Positions 53,776 to 61,590 of a stretch of DNA of 64,000 bases are shown here, in pieces. Each line of letters opens with the position of its first letter. Positions within the stretch are counted from its first letter, which is position 1. Location of the stretch: contig CAWFSF010000001.1 of assembly GCA_963818475.1 (NCBI GenBank), positions 224,001 through 288,000 of the forward strand, read 5' to 3'. Position numbers and translations under genes: made by a program. Origin of the DNA: Nitrospirota bacterium. Its GTDB lineage: Bacteria; Nitrospirota; UBA9217. The notes under the pieces were generated by a model. That model did no database searches, was not told where the DNA came from, and worked only from the letters and a program-made list of their open reading frames with translations.

Positions 53776-53915
53776 GGGGACAGCCGTTCCTCCAAAGTGC
53801 TCTCCTCAGTGCTAATTCCGGTTGCGTATCCCTTGCCCTGTTTGCGCTCATGACCCTAGACGTACTTTCTCTTAGTGGCAGAGGGGCACGTCCGTCTCTT
53901 ACATATAAATGTTTC
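53776..53915 (-). pseudogene. Very short patch repair (Vsr) endonuclease 5' fragment
   Basis: TSRVMSANRARDTQPELALRRALWRNG, then similarity is lost. Confidence 0.7.
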
Positions 53916-54062
53916 ATATTGCTCGCTCGGATATCTTGCACATGCTTGTAACTTACTTGCATTTGTCGCATTGCTTATCAGACATTTATTATGGTATCAG
54001 CGTATCGATAGTACAGGGCTGTTGAAAATGCAAGTGGAAAGGACACAAGGAGCAGAAACAAC

Positions 54063-54090
54063 AAAGGGGATGACATTCGTCATCCCCTTT
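54063..54090. terminator. Intrinsic terminator downstream of ahbD
   Basis: AAAGGGGATGAC-ATTC-GTCATCCCCTTT. Confidence 0.8.
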
Positions 54091-54106
54091 CTCGAAGGCT
54101 TGATTC

Positions 54107-55219
54107 TTACTTTGCTTTCGCCTTTACCGGTTCATACGTGCAGAACGGCTCGGCCGCAAGATAGTCGCCGGATATGGCAAAGGCCCGGGCGCGGCAGCCG
54201 CCGCAGACCCGGCGGTACTCGCAGATGCCGCACTTGCCGTGGTAGTGATCGAGGTCGCGCATTTCGAGGAACAGCTTCGACTCTTCCCATATCTTCGAGA
54301 ACGGCTCTTTCCTGATGTCGCCGGCCTCTTCTTCGAGGAACCCGCAGATCTGGACCTTGCCCATGTGCGACACGAAGGCGAAGCTCTGGCCGCCCATGCA
54401 GCCCTTGGTCATGGCGTCGAAGCCGTGGGACGCCGGGGTGACGACCTTGCCCTTTTCCTTCTCGCCCTGGCGGAAGATGCGGTAGTAGTGCGGCGCGCAG
54501 GTGGGCTTGAACTGGATCGGCACCTTGTCGCGCATCTCGTAGAACCACTTGAGCGTGCTTTCATACTCCGCGGGCGGGATCTCCTGGTCGATCAGCTCCT
54601 TGCCGCGGCCCGTGGGAACGAGCAGGAAGGGGTGGTACGCGACCGCCCCCAGCCCGATCACCATCTCGAGCAGCTTCGGCAGGTCCTTGACGTTGTGCTT
54701 GGTGATGGTCGTGTTCACCTGGAACTCCATGCCGACCTTTTTGAAGTTCTCGATGGCCTTCATCACGCCTTCGAAGGCGCCTTCCACGCGGCGGAAGGCA
54801 TTGTGGCTCTTGGCGTCCAGGCCGTCGATCGAAAGCGACACGCGCATGATGCCCGAGTCCTTCATCTTCTGAGCAAGCTCCTCGGTCACGAGCAGACCGC
54901 AGGGGGCCATGACCATGCGCAGACCGATCTTCGTGCCGTATTTGGCGATATCGTAGATGTCCGCCCGCATCATGGGCTCGCCGCCGGTCAGGATGATGAT
55001 CGGATCGCTGAAGGACTTGACATCGTCCAGGAACCGGAAGCATTCTTCGGTGTTCAGTTCGCCGGGATAGGGTCCGTAGCGGGCTGCAGCGCGGCAATGG
55101 ACGCAGTTCAGGACGCAGCTCCGGGTGACCTCCCAGGCAATGAGCCTCGGCAGGTATTTCTTGGGGCCGCCGGGATGGCTCAGTACGTCCGGCTGATTGG
55201 TCGTAGAGGGATGAGACAT
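54107..55219 (-). CDS. ahbD: Radical SAM/SPASM heme b synthase (AhbD/NirJ2-like)
   Basis: IAWEVTRSCVLNCVHCRA, PTCAPHYYR, TKGCMGG, GKCGICEYRRVCGGCRARA. Confidence 0.8.
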   Translation of the reverse strand: MSHPSTTNQPDVLSHPGGPKKYLPRLIAWEVTRSCVLNCVHCRAAARYGPYPGELNTEECFRFLDDVKSFSDPIIILTGGEPMMRADIYDIAKYGTKIGLRMVMAPCGLLVTEELAQKMKDSGIMRVSLSIDGLDAKSHNAFRRVEGAFEGVMKAIENFKKVGMEFQVNTTITKHNVKDLPKLLEMVIGLGAVAYHPFLLVPTGRGKELIDQEIPPAEYESTLKWFYEMRDKVPIQFKPTCAPHYYRIFRQGEKEKGKVVTPASHGFDAMTKGCMGGQSFAFVSHMGKVQICGFLEEEAGDIRKEPFSKIWEESKLFLEMRDLDHYHGKCGICEYRRVCGGCRARAFAISGDYLAAEPFCTYEPVKAKAK

Positions 55220-55235
55220 GGTATATAAACTCCTT

Positions 55236-55340
55236 CATTGGAAATTGGAAGTTGAAGATTGGAAATTGCAAAAAAAAAGAGAGGGAGTTCGACACCGTCA
55301 ATTTAAAATTTCTAATTTTCAATCTTCACTTTTCAATTGT
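55236..55340. repeat. Heptamer-based inverted-repeat element
   Basis: ATTGGAAATTGGAAGTTGAAGATTGGAAATTG ... AATTTCTAATTTTCAATCTTCACTTTTCAAT. Confidence 0.65.
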
Positions 55341-55482
55341 GCGTATCTCAGCGCACCCATTTTACCCAATCAGGCGGAAATAGTAAAGACCAAATTCATC
55401 CAGGTTGCAGGAGCGGCTATTGCGCAACCTCGTCCACATAACCCCGGCCAGGTGATGACATCGGGAAGGGCAGGTTTGAAGG

Positions 55483-56298
55483 TCAGAATTGCCAGTCCCT
55501 TTGCCAGTAAACGCCGAGCACTATCAGACCGAATACGATCCGGTAATATGCGAAGCTTTTGAAGTCATGTCTTGAAACGAATTTTAGAAAGGCTTTTACG
55601 ACGATGACCGCAGACAGGAATGCCGTAACAAAACCAACGATAAAGAACGGGACGTCCGACACTGAAAGGACAGCTCTGTTCCTGACCAGGTCATACCCGG
55701 TTGCGGCGAACATCGTCGGGATTGCCAGGAAGAACGAAAACTCCGCCGCGACCTTACGTTCCAGCCCGATGACCAGCCCGCCCATGATGGTAGCTCCAGA
55801 GCGGGAGACTCCCGGGAATAAGGAAAGACATTGGGCCAATCCGATCCCGGCTGCCTGTCTCAGCGTTAACTCATCGATGCTGTTCACATGACTGCACTGC
55901 GTCTTCCGTTCGATCAGGAGGATGGCAAACCCTCCGGCCACCAGAGCCGCCGCAACCGTGACCGGATTAAACAGATATGCCTTGATCGCCTTGTGCAAGA
56001 GGAGACCAAAAACAGCCGACGGCAAAAAGGCCACAATGAGATTCAAGGTGAATCTTCGGGCGTCTTCGCGCAGTGGTATTTCCCGGATGACACCTGACAG
56101 TTTTTCACGGTAGAGCCAGACTATCGATAGTATCGCCCCCAACTGGATGAATATCTCAAATACCTTGGCCCTCTCATCATCCAGTCCCAGCAGGTTACCC
56201 GCGAGAATAAGGTGACCCGTTGATGATACCGGGATGAACTCAGTGATCCCTTCCACGATGCCGAGGAACAATCCCTTGAAAAGAAGAAGCAGATCCAT
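55483..56298 (-). CDS. uppP: Undecaprenyl-diphosphate phosphatase
   Basis: EGITEFIPVSSTGHL, PGVSRSGATI, EFSFFLAIP. Confidence 0.95.
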   Translation of the reverse strand: MDLLLLFKGLFLGIVEGITEFIPVSSTGHLILAGNLLGLDDERAKVFEIFIQLGAILSIVWLYREKLSGVIREIPLREDARRFTLNLIVAFLPSAVFGLLLHKAIKAYLFNPVTVAAALVAGGFAILLIERKTQCSHVNSIDELTLRQAAGIGLAQCLSLFPGVSRSGATIMGGLVIGLERKVAAEFSFFLAIPTMFAATGYDLVRNRAVLSVSDVPFFIVGFVTAFLSAVIVVKAFLKFVSRHDFKSFAYYRIVFGLIVLGVYWQRDWQF

Positions 56299-56402
56299 GT
56301 TTGCGTATCTCCTGTTTTTTTGAAACGAAGCTGCACTATACCCGCTTTTGCACACTGTTTCAATAGATGCTCCGGAAAAACCGGCAAGAATTAGAAAATA
56401 AG

Positions 56403-56437
56403 AAAAAAAGCCCCCTGAAAAATTTCCAGGGGGCTTT
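56403..56437 (-). terminator. Intrinsic terminator after the cytochrome gene
   Basis: AAAGCCCCCTG...CAGGGGGCTTT with a poly-T run on the minus strand. Confidence 0.8.
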
Positions 56438-56479
56438 GCACATGATCATCTATTTTTTAATGCTGATGCCGCATAAAAG

Positions 56480-58570
56480 CTACATCGGAAGAGTGCTCAT
56501 ATCATGGCAGCCACCGCAATTGTTGGTATACGGCACCGGCATCGGATCACTGGTCGGTGTAGCACTGCTCTTAAGAGGTACGTCGAACAGATGCGAGCTG
56601 ATGTCGCCCTGGAAATACTTTATCAACGCATTCGAGCTGTGCGTCTTGGCAGTCGTCGCATTGCTTCCCGCCCCGCTGCTCGAGGTCTTTGTGCTGTGAC
56701 AATCAATGCACTTGGTGCTCCCGCCCATGGATGTGCCGGTCTTTGCGGTCATATGCGCGACCACTTCCACGGTTATATGGCACGAGGTGCAAAGACTGTT
56801 ATCCGAGGTACCGGAAAGCTGGTGTTTGTCCGATCCCGGAGCGTGCGGATTATGACAGCTTGCGCACGTCTTGAGCGAATCACCGTTCCGGTACTTCTTC
56901 GTCTGGATGAAATCCGTATACTGCTGATGGTGAGACTTGGAATGCTTGTTGTCTCCCCAGAAATCGCCCGCGGAGACCGATGCGTCATGACGGCTCGTGT
57001 TTTGAGCCAGGAAGTCCGCTCTGCTGGTTCCCGCAACCATCATCTTGTTTTGCTGGTTGAGCGGCGAATCCTTCTTGATGTTGAAAGAATCATTACCCTG
57101 GGGCCTGCTGTGGCACTGGGCGCAGATGTTGCTCGCGCGCTCGGGCGTGATGTTCGACGGAGACACGATAAACTTGCCCGCGCCGCCTGCATTAACATGC
57201 TCGGAACCGGGGCCGTGGCAGGTTTCGCAGCCAATATTCATCTCCTGCGTTGTCCCGGACACCGGATGCATCTCCGCGTTCACGTCCAGAACCGCTTGAG
57301 CTACATATTGGGTCCCGCTGCCTCCGGTAACCACGGCAACGGAGTAGCCATTGTAGTGGCACGGCGCGCACTGGACGTCAAAGCTGTTTGACGCTGCCGG
57401 AATGGTCTTGAAGGTCATGTTTGCCGGAGTCGTGGGGGTGCCTGTCGTGGCGTCAAACTGCCCGGCGCCCAAAATACCGTTCACCCACCAGTCAAGATGA
57501 TAATCACGCCATACTTTCCGGGTCCGGGACGTGGAACTCTCGCTCCCGGCAGTATTGTACTGAAGCGGGATCATGTACAAGCTGCTCCCTACCACGGTCA
57601 TATACCGCTGCTTATAAAGGCCGCCGCCGTAGGTCATGGCAACCTCATGGGTCTGGGGGCTGTTCGGGTCGCTGGGATTGATGACGTTCGTGAACTCTGC
57701 CTTGTATTTGTTGTCTGCGGCATCCCTGTATACCCTCAACGTGGCGTACACGGTTCCGGATGAGGTTTTCGATGTCTTGAACTTGTCAAACTTGCGGGTC
57801 CCGTTGGCATCGGAGAAGTAAATCATGGTTCCGCCTGCGCCGGGGGTCCCAATCGTGGTGGTTGTGCCTGAGACGAACTCCTCCGAAAGCGCCGTGTTAA
57901 AGGTGCTGAATTCAGACAAGTCCTGCAGCCCGCTCGGAGCGCCTGGCGTCATGATGCCGAGTTTGTGCAAGGTCTGTTTTTCGGTTGTATACGTTGTGTG
58001 GCATCCCAGACAAGCCGACGATCCCACAAATGTGGCGGACGCGGAAGGCGTGGTGGAAACTTCGACCGACGTTTCCACGCCGTTCAGGGATGAGCCGGCC
58101 GCGGAATTGCGGCATTTGCTGCCGCCGGGCAAATGGGTCGCGTTCGCGGGCTTTACGTAGATGAAGTACTTATCCGCTGCGACCAGATCTTCAGTGAACA
58201 CGACCTTTCCGGAAGCATCTGTTACCGCATTCTTATACGTGGAGACCCCTCCACCGGCAGGCGTATAATTCCCGTTGATCAAATCTTCGAGAGGCTCATC
58301 TGCCGCAAGCGCCGAGGTGGTGTAGGTTCCGTTCGACATCACGAGAGGAACGGTGCTTATTTCGGAGACATCAGCCGCTGGTATCGCATATACCGTGGCC
58401 CCTTCCACACTTGTTCCTGCCGTGTCCTTAACAACGAACGTCGGCTTGATCGGCGCTGCTGCCGGCGTATCGCTATTGTTGCCGCTGCAGCCCGCAAAGG
58501 CCAGCGCAGAGATGAGGACTAATGCCATCACACTGCTCAGCTTGTGTCGTGTTCGTGTACTCATTAGCAT
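56480..58570 (-). CDS. Octaheme c-type cytochrome lipoprotein
   Basis: Lipobox LAFAGC; 8 CxxCH motifs (CLGCH, CAPCH, CETCH, CAQCH, CASCH, CTSCH, CIDCH, CGGCH). Confidence 0.9.
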   Translation of the reverse strand: MLMSTRTRHKLSSVMALVLISALAFAGCSGNNSDTPAAAPIKPTFVVKDTAGTSVEGATVYAIPAADVSEISTVPLVMSNGTYTTSALAADEPLEDLINGNYTPAGGGVSTYKNAVTDASGKVVFTEDLVAADKYFIYVKPANATHLPGGSKCRNSAAGSSLNGVETSVEVSTTPSASATFVGSSACLGCHTTYTTEKQTLHKLGIMTPGAPSGLQDLSEFSTFNTALSEEFVSGTTTTIGTPGAGGTMIYFSDANGTRKFDKFKTSKTSSGTVYATLRVYRDAADNKYKAEFTNVINPSDPNSPQTHEVAMTYGGGLYKQRYMTVVGSSLYMIPLQYNTAGSESSTSRTRKVWRDYHLDWWVNGILGAGQFDATTGTPTTPANMTFKTIPAASNSFDVQCAPCHYNGYSVAVVTGGSGTQYVAQAVLDVNAEMHPVSGTTQEMNIGCETCHGPGSEHVNAGGAGKFIVSPSNITPERASNICAQCHSRPQGNDSFNIKKDSPLNQQNKMMVAGTSRADFLAQNTSRHDASVSAGDFWGDNKHSKSHHQQYTDFIQTKKYRNGDSLKTCASCHNPHAPGSDKHQLSGTSDNSLCTSCHITVEVVAHMTAKTGTSMGGSTKCIDCHSTKTSSSGAGSNATTAKTHSSNALIKYFQGDISSHLFDVPLKSSATPTSDPMPVPYTNNCGGCHDMSTLPM

Positions 58571-58829
58571 ATTCTCCTTTTTAAATGGCAATCATTACCG
58601 CTTCAACTGCTGCTTGGATTCTTTTCTGTTGTTCTCCTTATTCTCACCCCCTGCATTATCGTAGTCTCGTCACTATACCTGCGATAGCCGTTTATTCTCG
58701 ATACGCATAGTAATGGTCAGAAGCAATTGATCAAGTGACATTCTCTACAACAAAAGAGTGTGCATTGAACTGAATTTCACATGAGGAAAAATGCGTTCCA
58801 TTCCGGATAGCAGGGCCGGGCTGATCATG

Positions 58830-58913
58830 TCAGACGCTCCCCACATACAGCAGAACTCGGAGCATACCGGCAACATAGAGCAGGATCAAAATGATAAGAA
58901 ACTTTTTTTGCAC
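58830..58913 (-). CDS. Possible 27-aa single-TM peptide
   Basis: GGGAGG RBS 5 nt before GTG; MQKKFLIILILLYVAGMLRVLLYVGSV*. Confidence 0.4.
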   Translation of the reverse strand: MQKKFLIILILLYVAGMLRVLLYVGSV

Positions 58914-59294
58914 ACGATCCTCCCTGCAACGTTATGAGAATCACCATCCGATAAAAAGGAAATCAGCACGCTCTGACTATACAACTCGGATACAGCACGC
59001 ACAAGAGAAGCGTTCTTCAGGAATATTCACAGGATGTGAAGAATATTTCACAGGGGGGGGTACATAGGAAGGGACGAAAAAACGGATGACGGGAGCGAGA
59101 ATGCGATTCAGCCCTCGATCCTGACGATTCGTTTGCAGAACACATCTAGCAGGTCGATGGTGGAGGCGTTGAAACGCTATGCTTCCCGCGGGGAGCTGTC
59201 AAGTAACGTTCTTTTCAATGAGTGCGAAAGGAGGTGAGATGAAACCAACACAGGGCGTCTGCGTTCGGATAGCGGTCAGGACAAGGTGAAGAAC

Positions 59295-59948
59295 TTATTG
59301 ATCGGTGAGATGTTTATCAATCATTTTGAGGCACTGTGCGGCCTTATCGCCTTCCCCGGTCAGGACATAGGACTTTTCACGGTCCTGCCCTATGATCCCG
59401 GCCTCCCTCAGGATCTTCAGGTGGAAGAGTACTTTCGTGTGGTCCTCGATGGAAAGCTCGCGCGCAAGCTCCATGAGCCGCATAGCTTTTCTGGATACGA
59501 TCAAACGAATGATCTGCGTGCGAATGGGGTTCGAGAGCGCGCTCAGGACGGCGTCGAGGTCTTTGCTCCCGCCGCATTCCTGAACACGGGCCTCTTCCAG
59601 GACGCGCCTTACGGTGGTAAGGAGTTCATTGATCTTGAAGGGTTTCGAAATATAGTCATAGGCGCCTCGCTTCATGGCATCCACGGCATTTTCGACGGTC
59701 GCAAACGCGGTTATCATGATGACTTTCGACCGGGGCGCCACTTTCCTTATTTCCACGAGTGCGTCGGCGCCGCCGCCATTCGGCATGATCATGTCCAGCA
59801 GGATCACGTCGTACGCTCCGGGGGCCGCCTTCATCACGGCTTCGCTGCCCGATGAGGCCTCGTCAATATGATACCCCGCGCCCTTCAATATATCGACAAG
59901 GTGGGCTCTGAGCTCGTTATCGTCGTCAACGACCAGAATACGCTTCAT
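59295..59948 (-). CDS. Response regulator with C-terminal ArsR-like winged HTH
   Basis: REC (VVDDD, LLDMIMP, KPF) plus ALSNPIRTQII...KVLFHLKILREAGII. Confidence 0.85.
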   Translation of the reverse strand: MKRILVVDDDNELRAHLVDILKGAGYHIDEASSGSEAVMKAAPGAYDVILLDMIMPNGGGADALVEIRKVAPRSKVIMITAFATVENAVDAMKRGAYDYISKPFKINELLTTVRRVLEEARVQECGGSKDLDAVLSALSNPIRTQIIRLIVSRKAMRLMELARELSIEDHTKVLFHLKILREAGIIGQDREKSYVLTGEGDKAAQCLKMIDKHLTDQ

Positions 59949-59957
59949 AATTATTTC

Positions 59958-61380
59958 TTATTTCCTCTCCGGGATCGTGATCGTAACTATAGTTCCCTTG
60001 CCCTTCATGCTGGAGACATCGATCGTTCCGTGGTGATCTTTTATGATGCCGTAACAGATGGAGAGGCCGAGCCCCGTTCCCGATCCTGGTTCCTTTGTGG
60101 TAAAAAAGGGATCGAAGACCCGGGTGAGATTTCCTTCCGGGATTCCCGGCCCCGTGTCCTCGATGCGGACGCGAACATCCGCCTTTGAGCGCGAGGTCAC
60201 GATGGAGATCGTCCCCCCTTTGGGCATTGCTTCCACCGCATTGGACAGGATGTTGATAATGACCTGCTCCAGCTTGCCCGGCATCACCGAGCACCTCCGG
60301 GACAGCGGCCAGATCCTGCCGGATAAGGATATTCCTGAGTTTGTATTGCAGGAGCGTCATCGCTCCCCGAATGATGCTATTCATGTTCACGGGAGAGAAT
60401 TCCGATTCGCGCTGGCGTGAGAACTGCAAGAGCTCACGGGCGATCATGGATGCCTTATCGATGTTTCGCTCCACCGCGTCGAGCTTTTCGACGATCTCGC
60501 CCCCGCTGGTGACGGCTGCAAATTTCAGTTTCAGCGTCTGGATCCCCAGCGATGCGTTGGTCAATGGATTATTGATCTCATGCGCGATCCCCGCCGCGAG
60601 CTGTCCGAGCGAAGTCAGTTTTTCCGTCTGAACAAGATGCCTTGTCTGCTGCTCGATCCTCTTGCGCATTTCAATGTTGAAAACGTTCAGCGCCTTGATG
60701 ATAAAGTAGGTGATAACAATGGCGGTGAGCCCCCGTAAGAGTTCGATCGGGAAGGGAAGGGGGATGATCGAGAACCGGGTGACAAAAACGCCGGCAAAGA
60801 CGCCGTAAAATATAAAAGCAACCCCGGCGTACCATAAATGGCGCGAGACAGACCGGCTCAAAACCTTTATTTCGTGTGAATACGCCATCAGCCCGTAAGC
60901 GGTGAGCGATGCTCCGGTAAGACAAAAAATCAAGCGCGCGCTCTTCTCCGTTTGCCCCAGGAACCTCATGGTCATGGTGGAGTCGCGCGACGTTATGAAG
61001 GCAACCCATGCAAGGACGAGTACCGCGGGGATAAAATTGGACCAGAGCGAACGTTTATTGCGGGTACTGAGCGTCAGGGCGAGGCCGAACTGAAGCAAAA
61101 ATAAAAAGGACAGGACCAGAACGACAAGGGAAACGAGTTTCGCATTGAGGAGCTCCTCCATCGAGAGATGGGCACCCTCGATCAACGGGTACAATGCCAA
61201 CAGTTCGTGCAAGCCATGCGTGAGGCCGAACATGCCGAGCAGCCAGAGGCTGTCGGCAAGCTTTAAGTCGCTGCCCTTCATGTCCTTGACGAAGATGGCG
61301 AAGCTCAGGAAGAGGAACGCGGACCCATAGAGGAAATAGATAAAATATTCCGTCGGGATATTTATGAAATAATTAAGCAT
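59958..61380 (-). CDS. Membrane sensor histidine kinase, frameshifted
   Basis: Multi-TM N-terminus, AHEINNPL; HATPase (NAVEA, DTGPG, GTGLGL) in second frame. Confidence 0.88.
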
Positions 61381-61590
61381 GAAGTTCCAGCCCCGGCAAG
61401 TCGCAGGGTTGAATTTGAAGATGACTCATAAAGAATTATACGAATGAAAAACAAGGAATGCAAGTCTTATCGGGTCGTTACCGGGTCTTCCGAAGGTTAT
61501 TCCCTGTCCGGTCGGCTGCTGAAAACCTTAAAACGTCATTGCGAGGAACGACATCTGCAGCGAGGTGATCCAGGAATGCGCGCGGACAGG

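Noticed and set aside
59035-59052. Rex or CRP/FNR binding site
   Set aside because: Half-site spacing does not match either consensus.
8686-61380. Many split genes (ispG, rseP, cdsA, uppS, GH57, ABC ATPase, NtrX-like, desulfurase, recN, Omp85, pepN, kinases) as pseudogenes or programmed frameshifts
   Set aside because: They include essential genes, show single-base shifts and share no slippery motif; uncorrected long-read indels are the simplest explanation.
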